Shown here in pieces: positions 19,877 to 30,237 of a DNA stretch of 64,000 nucleotides (within the stretch, counting starts at the first letter, position 1; each line of letters starts with the position of its first letter). Made by a program: the position numbers and the translations under genes. Location of the stretch: positions 2,902 through 66,901 of the forward strand of contig DAOUTW010000013.1 in NCBI GenBank assembly GCA_030668485.1, written 5' to 3'. Origin of the DNA: Candidatus Zixiibacteriota bacterium (GTDB lineage Bacteria > Zixibacteria > MSB-5A5 > GN15 > JAAZOE01). The notes under the pieces are model-generated. The model was not told the origin of the DNA, did not search any database, and saw nothing but the letters and a program-made list of their open reading frames with translations.

Positions 19877-19913
19877 GGTTGATCGACATCTTTGACAGAC
19901 TTTGTAATTAACC
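19877..19913 (+). promoter_or_regulatory. Leader motif copy 2: hairpin whose loop starts CGACATCTTTGA
   Basis: TTGATCGACATCTTTGA at 19879-19895 (16/17 identical to copy 1); stem GGTTGAT 19877-19883 / ATTAACC 19907-19913. Confidence 0.5.
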
Positions 19914-20039
19914 ACTATCCGAAAATTATCGGAGGGTGGTGGCTTAATTGTAGCGGAATCGCATTCCCCCAGTCGCAGACGAGTCGACTCCGGAATGCGA
20001 TATCTTGTGCTGTACGAATGATGAGATCAGGAAGGGTTC

Positions 20040-20729
20040 TTGTACGGGTTAAGGGAAAATTCAGACTATCGCTTGCCGGTTATCAATCGAATTGCTGAGA
20101 CAGTTCTGCTAGCCATACTTCTGATTGCCGGAGCATATTTCACAGCCGTTGTTACGGTTTCGCCGGCTCCTCCGTGGCTGGCCTGGTTCGGACTATTGCC
20201 TTTAATTCTTGCCATAAGGAATCTATCGCCGCGCTGGGCTTCAGCATCCGGGGCTTTGTGGGGATGCTGTCTATATCTGTTTTCGACGACAGTATCCGGC
20301 TCAGCGATATCAATGACGTTTTCCAATCTTCTTATCCTTGTTTTGATTCCAACCGCATATACCGGTTTAATGGGGTGGTACCGGCGTTCCTTTGGTTTCA
20401 GCCCGCTGGCGGTGGCGCTTGGCTGGGTGATTTTGGAACTGATCCTCAAGGCAACCGGCATCGGTGCCGGCATTCTATCGGCTGACCACGGATATGGTCC
20501 GTATTTTGATGTTGTCGCCAATTTCCTCGGCTATGGTTTTGTGGCCTTTTTAGTAGCTTATACAAACGCTGTTTTATTGTCATTCCCATGGCGCATCCGA
20601 TTTGATGTCGGATTGCTCCATATGACCAGAATTGTGGTGGGAGTCGAGCGTCCAACGGTTTTATTCGAACCCCACATACACTCGACATTTCACGCCCATC
20701 GGCGTCGACCGCGCGCACCTCCGGCATGA
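20040..20729 (+). CDS. Lnt N-terminal-domain-like membrane protein with C-terminal RAPP motif (putative arrest-peptide leader 2)
   Basis: Paralogue of 18463-19155 (WLAWFGLLP...GALWG...ALGWVILEL...GYGFVAF..TN); ends RRRPRAPPA; TTG start. Confidence 0.75.
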   Translation: MYGLRENSDYRLPVINRIAETVLLAILLIAGAYFTAVVTVSPAPPWLAWFGLLPLILAIRNLSPRWASASGALWGCCLYLFSTTVSGSAISMTFSNLLILVLIPTAYTGLMGWYRRSFGFSPLAVALGWVILELILKATGIGAGILSADHGYGPYFDVVANFLGYGFVAFLVAYTNAVLLSFPWRIRFDVGLLHMTRIVVGVERPTVLFEPHIHSTFHAHRRRPRAPPA

Positions 20730-20838
20730 TGACCGATCTGTCTCAATCGGTTTTATGAGAAGGAGTTTCCTTTAATCCTGAACGGGTCTTCACAGTCGAA
20801 AAAACCCGGCAGGATTGAACACTATAAAAGGAGAAAAT

Positions 20839-21909
20839 ATGCGTTACAAATCTTATCTAATGCTCCTGGCCGTTGCCGGCATGTTGGCGCTGCTTCTTGG
20901 TCAGACAGTAAGTGCCGAAAGCGATAAAATGATGCACTTTTACACCCTCAATGCGGCCGGAGAACATACTCTCACGGCGGTTTATGACGTCGATCTGGAT
21001 AAAGCCTTTACCGCTTATGCCGCCGACAAATCATCGGAATGGGGTACCGGGGTTTTGTATTTCAAGATTGGCGATGACAGAATGGAAAACATCGGGTCCA
21101 GCGAACATTTTATCGAGTTCCTGGATGCCAATTATGATAAAATGCCGGTTGATCGAGGTGATGCCTGCGATAATACTGTCACCGCGGTCTGGGTACTCAC
21201 TTGCCCATTCGATTGTACTCCAACCACTGACTGCGAGGAATGGGTCCATTATGTAGTGACAATCACCTGCCTGGACGATCCTCCATGTCCCCCCGAGGAG
21301 CCTTTATGCCTGCCCTTTGCCAATAGAATCTACGGATTTTCGACCGATCCCGTTCCCGCCTGTGTCTGTGTCGGCGGAGAGGGAGGAGTCTGTACTCTGG
21401 CTGATGGGGCGGAGGTAGACCTATTCTGGTCAGACGGTCCGGTATGTGAGTGCGCCGAGACGGCATCCGGAGCCTGCATGGTCGGTGAAGAGTGCTTTGC
21501 CGTGACAGGAGATTCATGTGCAATCCTGGGCGGCACCTTCTCGGGTGCAGGCACCGTTTGCGGGGCGGCACAGAGCGGAGATCATAATATCCCGACTCTT
21601 TCCGAGTGGGGTTTGATCATATTCTCGCTGCTGATTCTTTCGCTGGTGACTGTTGTGGTTACCCGTCGCCGGACGGCGACCTCCGCCGTCGGAGCCGGTG
21701 GTTCGATCACAATCAGCGGACCGACATTTGTCCCGGCTCGCTTTATGAAAGCGCTGGTGGTAACCCTAAGCCTGGCTGTCGTAGTCCTGGTAACGGCAAC
21801 CATCATGTCGGGCAGTATTCCCCTGCGTGATATTATCGGAACAATATTAAGCGCCGGTATCGTGGCTTATATCGTTCATCTTTGGATTGTACCCAAAGAG
21901 ACGGAATAG
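20839..21909 (+). CDS. Cys-rich exported protein with IPTL-CTERM motif followed by a two-helix membrane extension
   Basis: Signal peptide; GACMVGEEC...CAILGGTFSGAGTVC; IPTLSEWGLIIFSLLILSLVTVVVTRRR followed by about 78 more residues; SD AGGAG before ATG 20839. Confidence 0.85.
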   Translation: MRYKSYLMLLAVAGMLALLLGQTVSAESDKMMHFYTLNAAGEHTLTAVYDVDLDKAFTAYAADKSSEWGTGVLYFKIGDDRMENIGSSEHFIEFLDANYDKMPVDRGDACDNTVTAVWVLTCPFDCTPTTDCEEWVHYVVTITCLDDPPCPPEEPLCLPFANRIYGFSTDPVPACVCVGGEGGVCTLADGAEVDLFWSDGPVCECAETASGACMVGEECFAVTGDSCAILGGTFSGAGTVCGAAQSGDHNIPTLSEWGLIIFSLLILSLVTVVVTRRRTATSAVGAGGSITISGPTFVPARFMKALVVTLSLAVVVLVTATIMSGSIPLRDIIGTILSAGIVAYIVHLWIVPKETE

Positions 21910-21943
21910 TTCGGTTAATAATCGATAGAATAAACAGCGCTTC

Positions 21944-21976
21944 AATCCGGGCGGCCCAGTTGCCGCCCGGATTTTT
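21944..21976 (+). terminator. Terminator ending unit 2
   Basis: AATCCGGGCGGC/GCCGCCCGGATT 12-bp stem plus T-run. Confidence 0.75.
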
Positions 21977-22086
21977 GATACCGGTAAATTATATTGCCTG
22001 ATACACAGTAGTCTTTTCTTGACAGAGCGGGGACATAAAGATTACATTGGCGATGAGAGGCAGTTCGGGCAGTGCAGGGGAATCGA

Positions 22087-22656
22087 ATGAAAAAAAAGAA
22101 ATCACAACCGGTACAACGCAAACGGGGTTTGAAGTTCCGGCAGGTTATTGATGCCAATTGGCCCCTGTTCAAAATATATCTTCTGTTTGGTCTGGTGCTG
22201 CTGGTCCTGTTCACGATTATCATGGTCAAGCCGGTGTATTATGGGATCGTGATGCCGTTCAATAAGTTTCTGGCTCACTCCTCAGCTTCGGTGATCATAC
22301 TGCTTGGAGGCGATGATATTATCTGCTCCGGGACATCGGTTTCGACATCCGGATTCGCAATTGATATCGCCGAGGGATGCAACGGCATCTATGCTCTTTC
22401 GATTGTGATCGCCGGTATTATAGCCTTTCCCGCACCCTGGCGACCCAAATCGGTCGGATTGCTCCTGTCGATCATCCTGATCATGATCCTCAATTATATC
22501 CGTATTCTGACGTTGTGGTATGTGGGCAAGGCCGGTTCGTTTTTATTCGATGTCATGCATCTGTATGTTTGGGAATTTGTCATTATTGTGTTGGGGGCGG
22601 GGTTTTGGTATTTCTGGTATGAAAAATTTGTCAAGGCCCGCGCGGATTCTAACTAG
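22087..22656 (+). CDS. xrtH: Exosortase H (IPTL-CTERM-specific transpeptidase)
   Basis: Catalytic triad pattern IAEGCNG (Cys), NYIRI (Arg), MHLYVW (His) in a polytopic membrane protein next to IPTL-CTERM genes. Confidence 0.88.
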   Translation: MKKKKSQPVQRKRGLKFRQVIDANWPLFKIYLLFGLVLLVLFTIIMVKPVYYGIVMPFNKFLAHSSASVIILLGGDDIICSGTSVSTSGFAIDIAEGCNGIYALSIVIAGIIAFPAPWRPKSVGLLLSIILIMILNYIRILTLWYVGKAGSFLFDVMHLYVWEFVIIVLGAGFWYFWYEKFVKARADSN

Positions 22657-23239
22657 CGCGGCGCTATTTATCGTCTGTTATATTCCGGTCAGTCTGTTAT
22701 GGTCGCAGGCTTTGCCGTCCTACAGTCGCATAATAGCGGCTGTCTCCGAGACATTTGTCAATATAATCGAGTTTTCCGATACAACATACAGAATCTCGGT
22801 CGTAAATAATGATTTTCAGGTTATCGCGCGCCTATCGGTCGACGACAAGCGCGGGCGCAGCAAGATGTATAAACTTGACGGCACGAGAAAGGCCGATCTG
22901 GTCTCGTATAATCTAAGCCTCTGGTTTTGTCTGTTTGTGGCAACCTTTTACTGGGTCAACCCATCGGCCCGGTGGAAATATTTAGTCATCGCGCCGGTAA
23001 TTATAATCATTTGGCATGTCTGTGATCTTACCATATTTTCGAAAAATACACGCTGGATACTGACCAAAAGCCTGCATGAGCAGAACGCTTCAATGATCGA
23101 ATACAGTTACAGTTGGAACTGGTTCTGGTTCTGGGCCAAGGAACTCAACCGCCGTATCATCGATCCATTCCTACCGCTGTTGCTGTGGATAATCTTTTGT
23201 GCGCGGTCATTCTTTGGACATCGGGCTACGAATAGTTAG
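22619..23239 (+). CDS. Exosortase-associated membrane protein
   Basis: Overlaps the xrtH 3' end by 38 nt; several TM helices, YNLSLWFCLFVAT and IIWHVCDL segments. Confidence 0.6.
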   Translation: MKNLSRPARILTSAALFIVCYIPVSLLWSQALPSYSRIIAAVSETFVNIIEFSDTTYRISVVNNDFQVIARLSVDDKRGRSKMYKLDGTRKADLVSYNLSLWFCLFVATFYWVNPSARWKYLVIAPVIIIIWHVCDLTIFSKNTRWILTKSLHEQNASMIEYSYSWNWFWFWAKELNRRIIDPFLPLLLWIIFCARSFFGHRATNS

Positions 23240-23325
23240 CATGGCATAGGAATCTATCCGATCGCGATTTATTTTCCTTTACGCGAGACAGCCACACAAG
23301 ATTCCCTGCCTTTGTCATTATTTTC

Positions 23326-23354
23326 TTGCATAGATAATTATCATTTCATATATT
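23326..23354 (+). promoter_or_regulatory. sigma70 promoter, exosortase locus unit 3
   Basis: TTGCAT-17 nt-TATATT. Confidence 0.55.
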
Positions 23355-23718
23355 GCAAGCATTAGAGGGCATCATCATGGGCTATCATCTATTTTTGGAG
23401 TTGTTGATCGGTAATTAATGCCATCTATCGATCATTAGTTGTGGCTTTTCTGTTTGCCCTCTACTGTGGTATCCCTCACATCTCCACCTCATCCGCCATG
23501 CAGGGAATAATTGCTATGCGCGCATAGGGCATTGATCCACCCTATTATGAAAGGAGGAAACTTATCGAATACTGTGGTATGAAAGCTATTTCAATAACTT
23601 ATAGGAATAATTCTGTCACCGATATCGGCGGATGTAAAGTTGACAAAGCTGGCAGACGGGACGTCCGCAAGCCACAAAGTTGATACTAAACAACAGATCA
23701 CTGTGTAAGGAGATACAA

Positions 23719-24357
23719 ATGTTACGATTGAGATACGCATTTATCGGGATTATATTTATACTTCTAACACTTTTCAGCTTTTCCGGAGTTTTTGGAGCCG
23801 CACTCGTCGCAGAAATCAATAACTCCACCAACTGGGAAATGCACGTTCACAAGAAGATTTGGAAAAACGCCAATGGTGATGTTGTTAAAACCGTCAATAT
23901 ATCGCCTCATTGGGTTGTGGCTGCAAAGAGTACTGGCTCCAAGGGATTTACCATCCCTGAGGGCGCAAAGGACAACGAGTTCAAGTATTACTACAAAACC
24001 ACAGTCGATACCATTCATTGCAGCGTCTCAATGTATAATGTTGATGTGTGCTCATCGCCGATTGGTATGTACTATGACGCCGGCGGTGATACGCTCTATA
24101 CGGGGTACGATAGCGATGGACCCGAATCGCCCTTTTTCTGCACTTCGGAATTTGTTTATGATTCTCTTTCAGGCCAAATAAGTTGTTCCAATCCACCTGG
24201 TTCATACACCCCGGTTTTGGGCGGAACATTGAGAGAATGCATAAAGGTCCCCAGTATGAGTATGATCGGCCTCATAATCCTTGCGGTTCTTATGGTTATA
24301 TTGGGGGTATTTGTTATATATCGCAGGAAAAACGTCTTTGCAGGAGAATATTCGTAG
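23719..24357 (+). CDS. Third IPTL-CTERM-type surface protein
   Basis: Signal peptide; C-terminus VPSMSMIGLIILAVLMVILGVFVIYRRK; SD AAGGAG before ATG 23719. Confidence 0.8.
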   Translation: MLRLRYAFIGIIFILLTLFSFSGVFGAALVAEINNSTNWEMHVHKKIWKNANGDVVKTVNISPHWVVAAKSTGSKGFTIPEGAKDNEFKYYYKTTVDTIHCSVSMYNVDVCSSPIGMYYDAGGDTLYTGYDSDGPESPFFCTSEFVYDSLSGQISCSNPPGSYTPVLGGTLRECIKVPSMSMIGLIILAVLMVILGVFVIYRRKNVFAGEYS

Positions 24358-24370
24358 GCAAAAAGAAAAA

Positions 24371-24403
24371 ATGCGGTCGGGCGCATCATGTGCCCGGCCG
24401 CAT
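24371..24403. terminator. Bidirectional terminator between unit 3 and the atp operon
   Basis: 14-bp stem ATGCGGTCGGGCGC/GTGCCCGGCCGCAT with upstream A-run (U-tract on minus strand). Confidence 0.7.
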
Positions 24404-24438
24404 TAATCAACAGGGGGTGTTGCTTTACAAAAATATAT

Positions 24439-24836
24439 CTATTTCTTCTTCGCCACTTTCAAGCGGTTCTTAGCCCGTTCGTAGGCTTCTTTGGCTCGAG
24501 GAGTATCGATTTCACCGGCAGCATTGCGAACACGCTGTTTCGCCCGTTCCAGAGATTCTCTGGCGCGTTCGAGGTCGATATCATCGGCAAATTCGGCCGA
24601 ATCGGCGAGAATCGTGCAGGTATTGCTCGAATTCTCCATAAAGCCGCCCGACACCGCAATTTTTATTTCGTTTCCGGAACCGTCTTTTACCGACAGCTTG
24701 CCCGGTTTCATCGAGGTGATGATAGGAGCATGATTGGACATGATTCCCAAATACCCAACATCTCCGGGAGCGATGATCGAAACGACATCTTCCTCGTAGA
24801 CAATTCGTTCCGGTGTAACGACTGAGAGCCTAAACA

Positions 24837-24837
<1 letters not shown>
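24439..24837 (-). CDS. atpC: F1 ATP synthase epsilon subunit
   Basis: LSVVTPERIVY...GILxNHAP-like, AVSGGFME, DIDLERA motifs; operon position. Confidence 0.95.
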
Positions 24838-26348
<1,511 letters not shown>

Positions 26349-27212
26349 CTATGCTTTCAGTGCCTCGGCGCCTCCAACGACTTCAAGAATCTCCGTGGTG
26401 ATAGCCGCTTGACGGGCCTTGTTGTATTTCAATGTCAGAGCATCAATCATTTCGCCGGCGTTATTGGTGGCCAGTGTCATGGCCATCATCCGTGTGGCAT
26501 GCTCCGATGCGAACGAATCGGCCAAAGCCGACTGCAATCGCACCAAGGCGTACCTCGGCAACAAATTCGAGAAGATGGCGTCCGGGGTCGGCTCAAAAAT
26601 ATAGGCGCCGACCGCTTTGCCCTCTTCACTTTCCGGGCGATCGATATTGAGATATTTCTCCAGAGTCGGAATGGTTTTGGCGGTCGAGATGAATTTGGTG
26701 TAGAGCAGATAAATCTCGTCGGTTTGCCCATCGACGAACCGATTGGTCAGGTAATCGACCAGACCCCGGACCATAGTAAATTTCATCTCGGCATTGAAGT
26801 CGTTGTATACTTCGCTAATCGTCCACTGACGCTTGCGAAAATAAAGGTGCCCGCGACGCCCGACACAAACCAGTTCGGTCTTTTCGGGATCGCGTTCGGA
26901 CAGCCACTTTTCCGCCCGGCGAATCATGTTGGAATTGAATGCTCCGCACAGACCGCGATCAGAGGTCATCAGCACCAGCGTCTGCTTTTTGACATCCCGC
27001 TTCTCGAAATAGGGATGAGACAGCTTGTCGGTGGATGCCGCCGACAAATGACCGAGCATGTCGGACATCTTTTCGGCGTACGGGCGCGATTGCTCCGCCT
27101 GAATCTGCGCCTTGCGCAACTGCGCGGCCGCCACCATCTTCATCGCCTTGGTAATCTGCCGGGTCGATTTGACCGAATTGATCCGTCTTAATATGTCTCG
27201 AAGCGTCGCCAT
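26349..27212 (-). CDS. atpG: F1 ATP synthase gamma subunit
   Basis: ITKAMKMVAAA, DRGLCGAFN, YNKARQAAITTEILE motifs. Confidence 0.98.
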   Translation of the reverse strand: MATLRDILRRINSVKSTRQITKAMKMVAAAQLRKAQIQAEQSRPYAEKMSDMLGHLSAASTDKLSHPYFEKRDVKKQTLVLMTSDRGLCGAFNSNMIRRAEKWLSERDPEKTELVCVGRRGHLYFRKRQWTISEVYNDFNAEMKFTMVRGLVDYLTNRFVDGQTDEIYLLYTKFISTAKTIPTLEKYLNIDRPESEEGKAVGAYIFEPTPDAIFSNLLPRYALVRLQSALADSFASEHATRMMAMTLATNNAGEMIDALTLKYNKARQAAITTEILEVVGGAEALKA

Positions 27213-27225
27213 AATTTATTTCCGT

Positions 27226-28734
27226 TTACGCTTTGAATTGCTCTTTGAATTTCTTGACGGCATCATGAAGCTTCTTATCGGTGTCGTCTGAAATTACTTT
27301 CTCTTTGTCGATGACATGGAAAATATCCAAAAATTCCTTTTCGACAAAAGCCAGAAATTCTATTTCGAATTTTTCGAGGACACTCAAATCCAGGTCATCG
27401 AGATACCCGTTGGCGGCGGCCCAGATGATGGTCACCTGACGACCAAGCGACTGCGGCACATATTGACCCTGTTTGAGAATTTCGACCATCCGCTCACCGC
27501 GGGTCAACTGCTTTTTGGTGGCCGCGTCCATATCGGACCCGAACTGCGCAAAGGCGGCCAGTTCGCGATACTGGGCGAGGTCAAGTCGCAGCGAACCGGC
27601 AATCTTTTTCATCGCCTTAGTCTGGGCGTTACCGCCCACACGAGAGACCGAAATACCGACGTCGATGGCCGGCCGTACGCCGGCGAAAAAGAGGTCGGGC
27701 AAAAGATAAATCTGACCGTCGGTGATCGAAATAACATTGGTCGGAATATAGGCCGACACGTCGGAGGCCTGGGTTTCGATAATCGGCAGAGCCGTTAACG
27801 ATCCGCCGCCTTCTTCATCGGAGAGCTTGGCTGCACGTTCCAACAGGCGGGAGTGGCAATAGAAAATGTCGCCCGGATACGCCTCACGTCCCGGAGGACG
27901 GCGCAGCAGCAGCGACAACTGCCGGTATGATTGGGCCTGCTTGGAAAGATCATCGTAGATCACCAGAGCATGACGACCGGTGTAGAGAAATTCCTCGCCC
28001 ATAGCACATCCGGCATAGGGAGCAATGTACTGCATCGGAGCCGGGTCGTTGGCGGTAGCGCACACGACGGTGGTATATTCCATGGCGCCGTGCTGTTCGA
28101 GGATCTCGACCACGCGGGCAACGCTGGATGCTTTCTGCCCGATAGCGACGTAAATGCAGAAAACATCGGTATCTTTTTGATTGATGATGGCATCGATGGC
28201 GATAGCCGTTTTTCCGGTTTGGCGGTCACCGATAATCAATTCACGCTGACCGCGGCCGATTGGAATCATCGAATCGATCGCCTTGAGTCCGGTCATCATC
28301 GGTTCTTTCACCGGCTGACGCTGGACGACGTTGGGGGCGATTCCTTCAAGCAGACGATGCTTGTCGGTTACAACCGGACCCTTGCCGTCGAGAGGTTCAC
28401 CGATGGGATTGACGACACGGCCGATCAGGGCATCCCCGACCGGGACCTGGGCAACTTTGCCGGTCCGCTTGACGGTATCGCCTTCCTTGATCAGACGGTC
28501 GCTGCCGAAAATGGCCACACCGACATTGTCCGCTTCAAGGTTGAGAACCAGACCGGTGATATCACCGGGGAAGACGACCAGCTCCGACATCATGACATCT
28601 TCCAGACCCCAGATGCGAGCTATACCATCGCCGACCTGTAAAACGGTGCCGACCGATTCCATCTCAAGCTTGGCCTCATACTTGCCAATTTCTTTTTGTA
28701 TAACCGATGAGACTTCTTCAGGATTAAGACCCAT
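27226..28734 (-). CDS. atpA: F1 ATP synthase alpha subunit
   Basis: [20 protein letters not shown] motifs. Confidence 0.99.
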   Translation of the reverse strand: MGLNPEEVSSVIQKEIGKYEAKLEMESVGTVLQVGDGIARIWGLEDVMMSELVVFPGDITGLVLNLEADNVGVAIFGSDRLIKEGDTVKRTGKVAQVPVGDALIGRVVNPIGEPLDGKGPVVTDKHRLLEGIAPNVVQRQPVKEPMMTGLKAIDSMIPIGRGQRELIIGDRQTGKTAIAIDAIINQKDTDVFCIYVAIGQKASSVARVVEILEQHGAMEYTTVVCATANDPAPMQYIAPYAGCAMGEEFLYTGRHALVIYDDLSKQAQSYRQLSLLLRRPPGREAYPGDIFYCHSRLLERAAKLSDEEGGGSLTALPIIETQASDVSAYIPTNVISITDGQIYLLPDLFFAGVRPAIDVGISVSRVGGNAQTKAMKKIAGSLRLDLAQYRELAAFAQFGSDMDAATKKQLTRGERMVEILKQGQYVPQSLGRQVTIIWAAANGYLDDLDLSVLEKFEIEFLAFVEKEFLDIFHVIDKEKVISDDTDKKLHDAVKKFKEQFKA

Positions 28735-28818
28735 AAGGCACTACTCCTGTATGCAAAATTTCATTTTTCATGTTCATCTGTCACCATCGATGACTTGAAT
28801 GAATCGAATAATCGATTC

Positions 28819-29367
28819 TCATGCCACCTTCAGTTTCATTAACTCGTCTTTCAAAAGCGACAACCCGTGTCTGACCGAGCCGTCGATAATCTGATCGTCC
28901 AGGATGACAATCACCCCGCCTAATATCGCGGGATCGACTCTTTCCTCAAGTTCAATAGTCTTGCCGGTTTTGGCTTTCAACCGGTTAATAAGACTGGCGC
29001 GGGCATCATCAATCAGAGGTACTGCAGTCGTAATTCGGGCGACAATGATACCTCTGGCATCGGCCACCCGGGCACGGAACTCCTCAATGATATCATGAAG
29101 GAATCCGATCCGGTGCTTATCGATAAGTACCAGCAGAAATTGCAGAAAGAGCGGTTCCAGTCTGGTTCCGAAGACATCCTTGACCAGCGCAATCTTGTTC
29201 TGATCGAGGATATGCGGAGCCAGCAGGAACTGCAGTAGCGACTTGTCTTTTTTGACGAGATTATCCAATTGCTCAAACTGTTGGTAAGCCTGATCAATCA
29301 GACCTTTTTCCCGGACGATATTAAACAGCGCTGTCGAGTACTTTTTGGCTACCTGTTGAGCTAACAT
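28819..29367 (-). CDS. atpH: F1 ATP synthase delta subunit
   Basis: AKKYSTALF, VDPAILGGVIV...DGSV motifs; operon position. Confidence 0.95.
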   Translation of the reverse strand: MLAQQVAKKYSTALFNIVREKGLIDQAYQQFEQLDNLVKKDKSLLQFLLAPHILDQNKIALVKDVFGTRLEPLFLQFLLVLIDKHRIGFLHDIIEEFRARVADARGIIVARITTAVPLIDDARASLINRLKAKTGKTIELEERVDPAILGGVIVILDDQIIDGSVRHGLSLLKDELMKLKVA

Positions 29368-29370
29368 AGG

Positions 29371-29853
29371 TTATGCCTTCTCCACACTGTCAATAAATTC
29401 CGAGATCAGGCGGCGGTTTTCACCGTCATCCAATTTGGCCGAGATGATTTTCTCCGCGGCGGCGATGGTCATGTTGACCATATCTTCTTTGAGCGCCACG
29501 CGGGCTTTTTCCACATCCCGTTCCAGTTCCGCCTTGGCCCGAGTGACAATTTCTTTGGCTTCCTCGCGACCTTGCTCTTTTTTCTCGGCGGCGATCTTCT
29601 GACCTTCATTGACCGCTTCGCTCAGTTTTTGACGCGAGAGGTTGTCAATATCTTTCAGTTTGGCTTCATAATCGGCCTTGACATCAGCCACCGCCGTTTT
29701 GTCTTCTTCGATTTTGTCAAATTCCGACTTGATTTTATTCCGCCTGTCATTGAGAACGCCCAGAATGGGTCCCCATGCAAACTTTTTCAAGATCAGGACG
29801 GTAATGACAAAACCGACCATGTGCGTCAGTATCAGTTGAATATCAACATTCAT
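29371..29853 (-). CDS. atpF: Fo ATP synthase subunit b
   Basis: N-terminal TM, KKFAWGPILGVLNDRR, coiled coil. Confidence 0.95.
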   Translation of the reverse strand: MNVDIQLILTHMVGFVITVLILKKFAWGPILGVLNDRRNKIKSEFDKIEEDKTAVADVKADYEAKLKDIDNLSRQKLSEAVNEGQKIAAEKKEQGREEAKEIVTRAKAELERDVEKARVALKEDMVNMTIAAAEKIISAKLDDGENRRLISEFIDSVEKA

Positions 29854-29945
29854 TCTCGTATCTCCGCCGACCGCCTAAAATCCGTGAAACGGATCGTACG
29901 GCCGGATGGGTTCAGCCCGTTTATCGCAGGCGCTAAATACGAATA

Positions 29946-30182
29946 TTAGGCGCCAATCTTGCCCATAACCAGGAAGAAGGCGAGCAGAGCATAGAGCGTC
30001 AAAGCCTCGATAAAAGCAGCACCGATGATCATACCGGTCTGAATCTTGGCAATGGCTTCCGGTTGCCGGCCCATAGCTTCCATAGCCGAACCAACCGCTT
30101 TGCCCAAGCCCATGGCTGAACCGATCGCAGCAAATGCCACTGCCAGCGGAGCGGCAAATCCCAAGCTAGTCTGATAATCCAT
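29946..30182 (-). CDS. atpE: Fo ATP synthase subunit c
   Basis: Gly/Ala-rich hairpin, GRQPE loop, FIEAL carboxylate. Confidence 0.97.
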   Translation of the reverse strand: MDYQTSLGFAAPLAVAFAAIGSAMGLGKAVGSAMEAMGRQPEAIAKIQTGMIIGAAFIEALTLYALLAFFLVMGKIGA

Positions 30183-30237
30183 TGCGTTTCTCCTCGTGAA
30201 ACTAAGTTATCTAAAAATTGTTGCTTTTACTTTCATA

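Noticed and set aside
19940-19954. Possible sigma54 -24/-12 site TGGCTTAATTGTAGC before leader 2
   Set aside because: GG-N10-GC spacing is right but the TTGC element is imperfect and no equivalent exists in units 1 or 3.
18463-20729. Reading the two Lnt-like ORFs as lnt pseudogenes
   Set aside because: Both are intact, divergent paralogues with the same end motif and spacing, and no nitrilase-domain remnant follows either stop; random truncation would not do this twice.
23636-23680. c-di-GMP-I riboswitch-like words (GACAAAG...GGGACG...GCAAGCC)
   Set aside because: Lacks the GGCAAAC / GNRA P2 arrangement and a supportable P1/P3; resemblance is superficial.
29854-29945. Short hairpins in atp intergenic gaps (atpE-atpF, atpG-atpD)
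   Set aside because: Small stems consistent with ordinary mRNA processing or stability elements; nothing distinctive.
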